Below, one piece after another: positions 9,317 to 17,571 of a stretch of 64,000 bases of DNA. How positions within the stretch are numbered: position 1 is the stretch's first letter; every line of letters starts with the position of its first letter. The notes under the pieces were generated by a model. It saw only the letters and a list, made by a program, of their open reading frames with translations. It ran no database searches and had not been told where the DNA came from. The stretch comes from Patescibacteria group bacterium (GTDB taxonomy: Bacteria > Patescibacteriota > Patescibacteriia > UBA1558 > UBA10009): contig JBAZSE010000001.1 of assembly GCA_041662565.1 (NCBI GenBank), forward strand, positions 193,084-257,083, read 5' to 3'. The position numbers and the translations under genes were made by a program.

Positions 9317-10408
9317 ATGAATGAAATTTTATCAAAAGTTAATGATCTTAAATTAAAGATTGAAGCTCTTAAAGCCAGGGTTGATTTGGCTTCCAAACAA
9401 GGGAATATTGATAGTTTAGCAGGAGAAATGAATGAACCGTCTTTTTGGCAAAATCCAGAGAGAGCCCGGTTGGTTTCCCAGCAAGTTGCCAATCTAAAAG
9501 CCGAAATAGAATCCTGGCAACAGTTGGAACAGCAGATTAATGATTTATTAATTTTATCACAAGAAGATGAAAGCGATGATTCAGTTAGTTTAGATAAAGA
9601 AATTTCCGACCAGTTTTATATCTTGGAAAAACAATTCAAGCAATTGGAAGTTAAAACGGTTTTAAATGGTAAATACGATGTTGATAATGCCGTCTTAACA
9701 ATTTATGCCGGCGCTGGCGGAACAGAGGCGCAGGATTGGGCGGAAATGCTTAAACGGATGTACTTAAGATTTTGTGAAGGCAAAAAGTGGCCAATTAAAA
9801 TTATTGATGAATCGCGGGGCAATGAAGCGGGCATTAAAAGTGTTATGATGGAAATTTCCGGCAACTTTGCTTACGGATTTTTACGGGCAGAATCAGGCGT
9901 GCATCGCTTGGTGCGCCTCTCGCCATTTGATGCCGATCATGCGCGGCACACCTCTTTTGCTATGGTGGAAGTAACGCCGGAAATTGAGCAAGAGGATTTT
10001 TTGCTTAAAGATGAAGATTTAAAAATTGAAGCCAACACGGCTACGGGTCATGGCGGCCAATCGGTTAATACCACTTATTCCGCTATACGCTTAACTCATT
10101 TACCAACGGGCATTAAGGTCTCGTGCCAAAATGAAAGAAGCCAACTGCAAAACAGAGAAACTGCCTTAAAGATTTTAAAAGGCAAGTTGGCTAAATATTA
10201 CGAGGCGCAAGCGGAAGAAGAGCGGATGCGGATTAGGGGTGAACTAACCGAAGCGGCTTGGGGCAACCAAATTCGCTCTTATGTGCTGCATCCTTATAAA
10301 ATGGTTAAAGATCACCGCACCGATTATGAAGAGCATGAACCGGATAAGGTATTGGATGGCGAGTTGGATGGTTTTATAGAACAGTATTTGAGGAGCCAGA
10401 TAAAGTAA
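9317..10408 (+). CDS. prfB: Peptide chain release factor 2, single reading frame
   Basis: SPF anticodon mimic (RLSPFD), GGQ (GHGGQ), WGNQIRSY. Confidence 0.96.
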   Translation: MNEILSKVNDLKLKIEALKARVDLASKQGNIDSLAGEMNEPSFWQNPERARLVSQQVANLKAEIESWQQLEQQINDLLILSQEDESDDSVSLDKEISDQFYILEKQFKQLEVKTVLNGKYDVDNAVLTIYAGAGGTEAQDWAEMLKRMYLRFCEGKKWPIKIIDESRGNEAGIKSVMMEISGNFAYGFLRAESGVHRLVRLSPFDADHARHTSFAMVEVTPEIEQEDFLLKDEDLKIEANTATGHGGQSVNTTYSAIRLTHLPTGIKVSCQNERSQLQNRETALKILKGKLAKYYEAQAEEERMRIRGELTEAAWGNQIRSYVLHPYKMVKDHRTDYEEHEPDKVLDGELDGFIEQYLRSQIK

Positions 10409-10501
10409 ATTTGACTAAATTTTCCTCATCATTTAAGATATAAATAGGGTCACCTAAGAACTAAGAAGCTTAGGTATAATTAATAAGAAAAGCGAAAATA
10501 T

Positions 10502-10726
10502 ATGCAAGATAGTGAATTAAGGGGTTATTTTACCTCAATTAAGCAAGATGCTAACCGTGTCGAAGAACGGTTAGATAAGCAAGACCAGATCCTTGAGCAA
10601 ATCGCCAGAACCGTCGCTTTGATTTTGGATATGCTATCCGCTCATGAGACAACTATGAATTATCACGGCAATATGTTGGGTAATCACGAAAGAAGAATTG
10701 GCAAGTTGGAGCGCCAAATATCCTAA
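10502..10726 (+). CDS. Small coiled-coil hypothetical protein
   Basis: Heptad pattern ending HERRIGKLERQ; own TTGACT-17-TAAGAT promoter at 10411-10439. Confidence 0.6.
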   Translation: MQDSELRGYFTSIKQDANRVEERLDKQDQILEQIARTVALILDMLSAHETTMNYHGNMLGNHERRIGKLERQIS

Positions 10727-10727
10727 T

Positions 10728-10912
10728 TTGACAAGTTGTAAAACATCAGTTAAGTTTAAATTAATATGAATTATATCTTAAAGAGCCAAGTTTGTTGTTC
10801 TACTTGTTCCTCCCAAACCATGGGTGGCTTCTTTGGATATACAAACTTTGCTTAAACTTTTGTAAATTATATCTCTTAAGAATCCTCTCAAATGGTTTGA
10901 GGGGATTTTTTT
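10728..10912 (+). promoter_or_regulatory. Putative Cys leader-peptide attenuator (leader MNYILKSQVCCSTCSSQTMGGFFGYTNFA, 10766..10855)
   Basis: TTGACA-17-TAAGTT promoter; TGT TGT TCT ACT TGT; terminator 10878-10912; 10821-10833 can pair with the terminator 5' arm 10878-10890. Confidence 0.7.
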
Positions 10913-10935
10913 GTACCTTATAAAAAGGAGGTTGC

Positions 10936-11262
10936 ATGAAGATTCATTTACCTAATGGTTGGCCACAGAAGACCATTCGGCTACAAGTGAATGTGTTGGC
11001 TTTGCAGGAAAAGGATATTCAGGAGGTTTATCCTTGTCCTACGGATTCTCAGCAGATTGGGCTGGAAATCAAAGGTGTCTTTCATCGGTTCGGCTTACAG
11101 CCGGAATGGGCGGAGCAGCTACAGGCGCTAGATGAAAAACCATTTGGGAATGCCGTGTTTCATGGACACCCAGGGGTTTTAATCCTTAAAGCTCAATCAA
11201 CAGGCGAACTGGTGTTGGAACTTAAACCAGCTCACTACGATGTAGTGTTTATCGGTTGCTGA
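10936..11262 (+). CDS. Orphan 108-aa protein downstream of the Cys attenuator
   Basis: Strong SD aaggaggt before ATG; followed by a terminator. Confidence 0.7.
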   Translation: MKIHLPNGWPQKTIRLQVNVLALQEKDIQEVYPCPTDSQQIGLEIKGVFHRFGLQPEWAEQLQALDEKPFGNAVFHGHPGVLILKAQSTGELVLELKPAHYDVVFIGC

Positions 11263-11270
11263 TAAGCCAA

Positions 11271-11310
11271 TGAGGGGAGGAGGCACCAGCTTCTTTCCCT
11301 CAATTTTTTT
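11271..11310 (+). terminator. Intrinsic terminator after the 108-aa ORF
   Basis: tgaggggaggaggc...gcttctttccctca hairpin plus T7. Confidence 0.65.
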
Positions 11311-11343
11311 GCCAAAACCCCATTAAAAGAGTAAAATATCATT

Positions 11344-12717
11344 ATGGATAAATTATTTTTGTACAACACATTAACCCGCCAAAAGCAGGAATTTATCCCT
11401 TTAAAAAAGGGTAAAGTTGGTTTATACACTTGCGGGCCCACAGTTTATAATTTTGCCCATATCGGCAATTTGCGTACTTATATTTTTGAAGATATTTTGC
11501 GTCGGGTTTTGGAATACAATAAATACAAAGTTAAGCAGGTTATGAACATTACCGATGTTGGCCATTTAACTTCCGATTCCGATACCGGTGAGGATAAACT
11601 GGAAAAAGGTTCTGCCAGAGAAGGAAAATCCGTTTGGGAAATTGCCGAGTTTTATACCAAGGCCTTTCGTCAGGATTTGAAAAATTTGAATATCCAGGAA
11701 CCTGATAAATGGATTAAGGCAACCGAGACGATTAAAGAGCAAATTGATTTTGTTAAAAAGTTGGAGAAAAAAGGTTTAACTTATAAAACTTCCGACGGAA
11801 TTTATTTTGATACTGCCAGGTATATTGATTACCCTCATCTTGCCAAACTTAATTTAGCCGGACAACAAGAAGGCAGTCGGGTGGAAATAAATAATGAAAA
11901 AAAGAATCCGACCGATTTTGCGCTGTGGAAATTTTCGCCAAAAGATTCTACAAGACAGATGGAATGGAAATCGCCGTGGGGCGTTGGTTGGCCGGGCTGG
12001 CATTTGGAATGTTCGGCTATTAGCATTAAAGCACTGGGCAAGGAATTTGATATTCATACAGGAGGCATTGATCATATTCCCGTGCATCATACCAATGAGC
12101 GCGCGCAAAATTGGGGTTTGTTGGGCCAAGAAGCTGTTAGATATTGGTTGCATGGCGAATTTTTGGTAATCAACCAAGAAAAAATGGCAAAATCAGAAGG
12201 TAATTTTATTACTATCCAGTCCCTTAAAGATAAAGGCATTAATCCTTTGGCTTACAGATACTTTTGTTTGCAAGCGCATTACCGATCCAAACTGAATTTT
12301 AACTGGGAAGCGTTGCAGGCCGCGCAAAATGGTTATAATAATTTAATTAAAGAAATTTCAACTTTGGAAAAACCAAAAGGGGATTGTTTTGAATTTGAAG
12401 CCAAATTTACTCAAGCTATTAATGATGATTTAAATATGCCCGAGGCCCTGGCGATTGTTCAAAAATTATTAAAGTCGGATAATCCTTCATCGGCTAAAAG
12501 GGCTTCAATTATCAAATTTGACAAAGTTTTGGGCTTGGGGTTAAATACTTATAAAGTTGCCACTAAGATCAGTCCGGAAATTCAGCTATTAATAAATGCC
12601 AGACAAGAGGCCAGAAAAAATCAAGATTGGCACAAGTCGGATGAGTTAAGAAAAAAAATTGAAGATCAGGGGATTAAAATTCAGGATTTGTCTGATGGCG
12701 GGTATGAAATAGAGTAG
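11344..12717 (+). CDS. cysS: Cysteine--tRNA ligase
   Basis: YTCGPTVY, HIGN, GWPGWHLECSA, KMAKS; TTGCCA-17-TAAAAT promoter at 11309-11337 implies a near-leaderless mRNA. Confidence 0.98.
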   Translation: MDKLFLYNTLTRQKQEFIPLKKGKVGLYTCGPTVYNFAHIGNLRTYIFEDILRRVLEYNKYKVKQVMNITDVGHLTSDSDTGEDKLEKGSAREGKSVWEIAEFYTKAFRQDLKNLNIQEPDKWIKATETIKEQIDFVKKLEKKGLTYKTSDGIYFDTARYIDYPHLAKLNLAGQQEGSRVEINNEKKNPTDFALWKFSPKDSTRQMEWKSPWGVGWPGWHLECSAISIKALGKEFDIHTGGIDHIPVHHTNERAQNWGLLGQEAVRYWLHGEFLVINQEKMAKSEGNFITIQSLKDKGINPLAYRYFCLQAHYRSKLNFNWEALQAAQNGYNNLIKEISTLEKPKGDCFEFEAKFTQAINDDLNMPEALAIVQKLLKSDNPSSAKRASIIKFDKVLGLGLNTYKVATKISPEIQLLINARQEARKNQDWHKSDELRKKIEDQGIKIQDLSDGGYEIE

Positions 12718-12734
12718 ATTTAATAAAATTTAGC

Positions 12735-12770
12735 AAACAGGGTCAAAGATTTTTGACCTTGTTTTTATTT
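12735..12770 (+). repeat. AAACAGGGTCAA hairpin/terminator family, copy between cysS and comEC
   Basis: aaacagggtcaa agattt ttgaccttgtttt; same 12-mer at 36149, 42553 and 51731. Confidence 0.7.
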
Positions 12771-12773
12771 GTT

Positions 12774-14168
12774 ATGAAATTCAGAAAATCACAATTTGTT
12801 TTTTATGCTTGCATGAGCTTTATTATCGGAGTTGGTTTAGCTTCATTTTTTACCATTTCATGGACTGTTATTTATTTTGCCGGACTAGTCAGCATTATTA
12901 TGATAATTTTTAGTAAAGCCAAATCATCGTGGCAACTGGCTTTTCTTTGTTTTTTGTTTTTTGTTCTGGGTTATGGGCGTTACCAATTATCAATTCCTAT
13001 CATAAATGAAAACCAGATAGCATTTTATAATAATCAAAAAGTCGTTTTTCAAGGTGTGATAGCAGATGAGCCCGATGCAAGATTGGATCAGGTTAAATTA
13101 ACAATTAAAAGTTGGAAGCTTAAAGCAAAAACCGGTTGGCAAGATATCCAAGGTAATGTTTTGGTTAATACCAATTTATATCCTCAATATAATTATAATG
13201 ATATTGTGGAAATTTCCTGTAAGCTGGCCGCGCCGGAGCCAATAGAAGATTTTCAGTACGATAAATATCTGGCCAAATCCGATATTTATTCTGTTTGCTA
13301 CCGTGGTCAGATTAAATTAATCGGCCATTTTCAAGGCAACTTTGTTAAATCTTTCATTTTAAAAATTAAAAACAAAGTGGTTTGGCTTGCAGGCCAGATT
13401 TTACCCGAACCCCAGGCCTCGTTTTTGGGGGGATTGTTGTGGGGCGCTAAAAAGGGTCTACCGCCCGAAATTTTAAATGATTTTACCGCTGCCGGTGTAA
13501 CTCATATTATTGCTGTTTCCGGCTATAATATTACGATTATTGCTGTGGCGTTAACCAGCATATTTGTAGCTTTAGGTTTTGGCAAAAAAACCGTTTTTTG
13601 GCTGATTGTTTTATGTATTGCTTTTTTTGTGGCAATTACCGGTTTTCCCGCTTCTATTATCAGGGCGGGTATTATGGGCATTATTGTTTTAATGTCACAA
13701 ACTTTGGGCCGGGTTTCTAACATAAAAAATACTTTAGCCCTAACGGCTTTGGTTATGCTGCTAGTTAATCCTAAAATCTTAATCTGGGATGCTGGTTTTC
13801 AATTATCTTTTTTATCTACCATCGGTTTGGTTTATTTGTCGCCACTTATGGTCAAATGGTTAAAGTGGCTGCCGAATTTTTTAGGCATTCAGGATTCATT
13901 AAGTACAACTCTTTCGGCAATTGTTTTTACCACCCCGTTAATATTATGGCAATTCGGCAGATTTTCTGTTGTGGCGCCGCTGGCAAATTTGCTTATTTTA
14001 CCGGCCATTCCTTTGATGATGTTGTTGGGTTTTATAGCCATTGCTCTGGGTTTAATTTGGTTGCCAGCGGGCAGTGTGGCTGCCTGGCCCTTGTGGCTGG
14101 GCTTAACTTATATTTTAAACACGGCACATTGGTTAGCCGCTCTGTCGTGGTCAAATATTAATTTATGA
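12774..14168 (+). CDS. comEC: ComEC/Rec2 competence channel (membrane and OB part)
   Basis: HIIAVSGYNI, ASIIRAGIMG, GFQLSFLST; ATG at 12774 preferred over upstream TTG. Confidence 0.93.
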   Translation: MKFRKSQFVFYACMSFIIGVGLASFFTISWTVIYFAGLVSIIMIIFSKAKSSWQLAFLCFLFFVLGYGRYQLSIPIINENQIAFYNNQKVVFQGVIADEPDARLDQVKLTIKSWKLKAKTGWQDIQGNVLVNTNLYPQYNYNDIVEISCKLAAPEPIEDFQYDKYLAKSDIYSVCYRGQIKLIGHFQGNFVKSFILKIKNKVVWLAGQILPEPQASFLGGLLWGAKKGLPPEILNDFTAAGVTHIIAVSGYNITIIAVALTSIFVALGFGKKTVFWLIVLCIAFFVAITGFPASIIRAGIMGIIVLMSQTLGRVSNIKNTLALTALVMLLVNPKILIWDAGFQLSFLSTIGLVYLSPLMVKWLKWLPNFLGIQDSLSTTLSAIVFTTPLILWQFGRFSVVAPLANLLILPAIPLMMLLGFIAIALGLIWLPAGSVAAWPLWLGLTYILNTAHWLAALSWSNINL

Positions 14169-15067
14169 AAAAAAAATTTAAAATTCTGATTTGGTTTTTT
14201 TCGGCAGTTTTATCATTATCAGTAATTGCCTGGCAAGCAAGTAGCGATAATGATTTAAAGGTCTATTTTTTTAATATTGGCCAAGGTGATGGTATATTAA
14301 TCAGAACTCCCGATAGGCAAAATATCGTTATTGACGGCGGACCTGATAATTCGTTTATTACTAAACTCGGGGCAACTTTGCCTTTTTACGACCGTACGAT
14401 TGATTTAATGATTTTAACTCATCCCCATGCCGATCATGTCACCGGTTTAATTACGGTTTTGGAAAGGTATCAAGTTAAACAGGTTTTATCTGCTGGCGTA
14501 ATTTATCAAAGCGCTCCGTATTATGGATGGTTAAAACTAATTCAAGAAAAAAATATTCCGATTGTGTTTGCTCAAGCAGGCCAAGAGTTTATTTTTGGTG
14601 AAGTAGATTTAAAAGTAATTTATCCTTGGCAAAATTTTGCTAACAAGGAAATCGTGGAAAAAGGCGATGAAGCCGCAACAAGCGGGTCAATTGATAATTT
14701 AAATAACACCTCGGTGGTTTTAAAAATGGTTTACCGGCAAAATTGCGTTATTTTTACCGGTGATTTGGAAATACCCGGCGAAGAGTTGATTTTAAAAAGT
14801 AAACAAAATATTACGGCCGACATATTAAAAGTGGGCCATCATGGCAGTGATACGGCCACAAGTGAAAAATTTTTAGCCCAAGTTAACCCTAAATACGCCG
14901 TCATCCAGGTTGGCCAGGATAATAAGTTCGGTTTGCCGGATTTGCGGGTTATCAAAAGATTAGCCAAAAAACAGATAAAAATCTACCGGACAGACCAAAA
15001 CAATGATGTGCTTTTCCGTTTAACCGGGCAAAGCATTACAGTTGATTATCCACCGCCCAAACCTTGA
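14165..15067 (+). CDS. ComEC-type metallo-beta-lactamase-fold protein (split C-terminal part of ComEC)
   Basis: NIGQGDG, THPHADHVTG, FTGD, KVGHHGS; ATGA coupling to comEC. Confidence 0.9.
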   Translation: MKKKFKILIWFFSAVLSLSVIAWQASSDNDLKVYFFNIGQGDGILIRTPDRQNIVIDGGPDNSFITKLGATLPFYDRTIDLMILTHPHADHVTGLITVLERYQVKQVLSAGVIYQSAPYYGWLKLIQEKNIPIVFAQAGQEFIFGEVDLKVIYPWQNFANKEIVEKGDEAATSGSIDNLNNTSVVLKMVYRQNCVIFTGDLEIPGEELILKSKQNITADILKVGHHGSDTATSEKFLAQVNPKYAVIQVGQDNKFGLPDLRVIKRLAKKQIKIYRTDQNNDVLFRLTGQSITVDYPPPKP

Positions 15068-15130
15068 TTTTCTTTAAAATGTTGGTATAATAGGTATAGT
15101 TTTAACTAATATTTGACCATAATAAAAAAT

Positions 15131-15508
15131 ATGCCCGATAAGCAATACAACGTCCTTTTAATTGAAGATGAAGAAATGCTGGCCAGCATGTACGAAACCA
15201 AGTTTAAAAATGAGGGTTATAACATCCGCAAGGCCTTGGATGGTGAAACCGGCCTTAAGTTAGCCCAAGAAGAAAAGCCAGATATTATTTTGTTGGATAT
15301 TATTATGCCTAAACTGGATGGCTTTTCGGTTTTAAAAAAAATCAGGGAAATTGAAAAATTCAGTAAAGTGCCGGTTATTTTATTAACCAATTTGGGCCAG
15401 GATGAAGATGTTAAAAAGGGCACGGCTTTAGGCGCTAACGGCTATTTGGTTAAGGCCAACATGACGCCGACCGAGGTAGTGGATAAAGTTAAAGAGTATT
15501 TAAAGTAA
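15131..15508 (+). CDS. Single-domain response regulator (receiver)
   Basis: LIEDE, LLDIIMPKLDG, LTN, YLVK. Confidence 0.92.
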   Translation: MPDKQYNVLLIEDEEMLASMYETKFKNEGYNIRKALDGETGLKLAQEEKPDIILLDIIMPKLDGFSVLKKIREIEKFSKVPVILLTNLGQDEDVKKGTALGANGYLVKANMTPTEVVDKVKEYLK

Positions 15509-15538
15509 GTAATTAGGAAAATTATTAAATAAATATAT

Positions 15539-16003
15539 ATGGAAAGAACATTAATTATCATGAAGCCCGATGCTTTGCAAAGAAGCTTGGTGGGCGAGAT
15601 AGTGGGGCGGTTTGAAAAAAAAGGCCTTAAAATCGTGGGCATGAAAATGATGGAACTGGATGATCTTAAGTTGGATGATCATTATGCTCATCATAAGGAT
15701 AAGCCATTTTTTGGCAACTTAAAAAAATTCATGAAAAGTTCGCCGGTTTTACTGATGGTTTTGGAAGGCATAGAAGTGGTTAAAGCCGTGCGTATTATTG
15801 TGGGTTCAACCAAACCGATTGAAGCCGATAGCGGAACAATTAGAGGCGATTTGGCCATGACCAATTGGAATTTGGTCCACGCTTCCGATTCATTGGAAAC
15901 CGCCGAAACCGAAATCAAGCGTTTCTTTAATCAGGATGAATTATTTAATTACAATAAGGTTGGTTCCGAGATGGTTTACGAATCAGAATTCATCGCTAAT
16001 TAG
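15539..16003 (+). CDS. ndk: Nucleoside-diphosphate kinase
   Basis: ERTLIIMKPDA, GTIRGD, NLVHASDS. Confidence 0.97.
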   Translation: MERTLIIMKPDALQRSLVGEIVGRFEKKGLKIVGMKMMELDDLKLDDHYAHHKDKPFFGNLKKFMKSSPVLLMVLEGIEVVKAVRIIVGSTKPIEADSGTIRGDLAMTNWNLVHASDSLETAETEIKRFFNQDELFNYNKVGSEMVYESEFIAN

Positions 16004-16009
16004 TTGAAT

Positions 16010-16211
16010 TTGACAGATTTTTCGTCTTTGCTATACTTATATTAACCATTATGTCCAAGCAAGAAACCATTAGAAATTCCAGTATTTTCAGCCAAACAGT
16101 AAATTTTGGTTTCTTTTTTACTTTTATCTAGCTTGCCTGATGGGTTAGTTGATTTAACATAAATCATCGAGCTGAGCTCGACAAAACTAGTCCATCGGTG
16201 GCTAGTTTTTT
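16010..16211 (+). promoter_or_regulatory. Putative Phe leader-peptide attenuator (leader MSKQETIRNSSIFSQTVNFGFFFTFI, 16051..16131)
   Basis: TTGACA-16-TATACT with TG extension; 5 Phe in the last 8 codons; 12-bp antiterminator 16139-16150/16185-16196; terminator 16183-16211. Confidence 0.7.
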
Positions 16212-16329
16212 GTTATAACCGGATTTGTTGTTCTAAAATTCCAGTTTTCAATCATTGATTGGCAATTAGAATTTTTGAACAATAAACAAAGCAAATTGGA
16301 CTATTTGTCCACATCAAGGAGAATGCAGA

Positions 16330-16563
16330 ATGAAGTGTTCGTGCCAGCGGAAAATAACCCGCATCATTGCCAGGCAATACTATAACACTGCTTTAATCGG
16401 CGGTGGCATTGCTACAGATGTCGTGGGTTGGGAATTGACCCTCCAGGGCCATTGCTCAAACGGCTGCGGGCCTGTTAACTTGGGCTCCGCCCGATCAATT
16501 CAGGAAGTGCAAACAAGGTACCCCAACATAAGCATTGAGGAGAAGGCCAATGCCGCTTATTAA
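16330..16563 (+). CDS. Small putative Zn-binding protein (CxC...Cx3C)
   Basis: SD aaggaga; CSC and CSNGC; paralog of the next ORF. Confidence 0.65.
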   Translation: MKCSCQRKITRIIARQYYNTALIGGGIATDVVGWELTLQGHCSNGCGPVNLGSARSIQEVQTRYPNISIEEKANAAY

Positions 16564-16798
16564 TGACAAGAGCTGTGTCTGCGGCCGACCAATCAGCGTG
16601 ATTACCATCAGGGCTGGCGATCAGCCAGATGCTGATGCAGTTTCGCTCAACGTCCAGCATGGCTTTCACGCTTATGGCAGCTGTCATAACAACAACTGCA
16701 ATAAGGTCTATCTGGGCTTTGGCCTTGATGAGCGTAAGTTGGCCGATGACATGCAGCTTACATTTGTGGCCACCTGGCGCTGCACAAACTTTACTTGA
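16550..16798 (+). CDS. Small putative Zn-binding protein (CxC...Cx4C), tandem paralog
   Basis: SD gaggag before ATG 16550; CVC and CHNNNC. Confidence 0.65.
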   Translation: MPLINDKSCVCGRPISVITIRAGDQPDADAVSLNVQHGFHAYGSCHNNNCNKVYLGFGLDERKLADDMQLTFVATWRCTNFT

Positions 16799-16819
16799 AT
16801 CCGATCAACGATTCAGCCA

Positions 16820-16852
16820 AGGGGGTTTATTGCCAAAACCCCCTCTTTTTTT
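16820..16852 (+). terminator. Intrinsic terminator closing the Phe-leader cassette
   Basis: agggggttt/aaaccccct stem plus T7. Confidence 0.8.
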
Positions 16853-16865
16853 CCACAAATTTTAT

Positions 16866-17024
16866 TTGACAAATATTTTTGATTTGCTATGATATCCATA
16901 AGTTATGAAAAATTCACTTAAAAACCAGAATTTGTTAAATATTATTATTACGCTGATTAAGGTAGTCAGGTAATTTTTTAGTAAATTTAAAAAATAACGC
17001 TGACTGCCAAGGTCAGCGTTTTTT
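16866..17024 (+). promoter_or_regulatory. Putative Ile (branched-chain) leader-peptide attenuator (leader MKNSLKNQNLLNIIITLIKVVR, 16905..16973)
   Basis: TTGACA-16-TATGAT with TG extension; ATT ATT ATT ACG CTG ATT; 1:2, 2:3 (16961-16969/17000-17008) and 3:4 terminator (16996-17024) all present. Confidence 0.75.
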
Positions 17025-17116
17025 GTTAAGCAGAAAATTTCTTCTCAAAAGTATTAAAGCCTTGGGCAGAAGATTTTTGCTGAACATTTCACAATCAAAT
17101 ATTTTGGAGTTCCAAA

Positions 17117-17407
17117 ATGCTGACCGCAGAAGAAAAGGCGAAATTCGCCGAAGGGTTTTATCATGATTTATTTGGGCGCTACGCAGTGCCCGGTGTTCAT
17201 GTCAATCCCGATGTTGTTTCAATTTCGGCCTTAAATAACGGAGGCGTGCCTCATAACCATGCAGGTTGCGCCGCCAAATTGGAGTGGGAAATTCTTTCCC
17301 ACGATCCAATAACAGGCAATATTCCTGTTCTGGTTTGCCCGGTTTGCAAGCAAAGCGGGCAAGAATCCAAGATCGCCAAAATCGATAGTTTGTGGCAATT
17401 AGCTTGA
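17117..17407 (+). CDS. Orphan 96-aa protein with HxxC...CxxC Zn-ribbon-like ligands
   Basis: SD ggag; HAGC and CPVC. Confidence 0.65.
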   Translation: MLTAEEKAKFAEGFYHDLFGRYAVPGVHVNPDVVSISALNNGGVPHNHAGCAAKLEWEILSHDPITGNIPVLVCPVCKQSGQESKIAKIDSLWQLA

Positions 17408-17571
17408 CTAATAGCTGTAAGGATTGCTACAATCTAACTCCGGTATTTTCCGGAAAACAATTCCAAGGGGGCCAAAGTTGACCCACGATAGAGATAACTC
17501 TTCTAATGTCAGCGGTTTACCGCCTGAAGAAGAGCAGTTCGATCCACCTAAACCAATTCTGGAGGATCACG

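Noticed and set aside
10728-11343. T-box riboswitch upstream of cysS
   Set aside because: No T-box consensus (GGTGGNACCGCG) and no stem I motifs seen; a leader-peptide model fits better.
16629-16892. 87-aa ORF overlapping the second Zn paralog
   Set aside because: It runs through a clear terminator and the next promoter, and the overlapping frame has the SD and the conserved Cys pattern.
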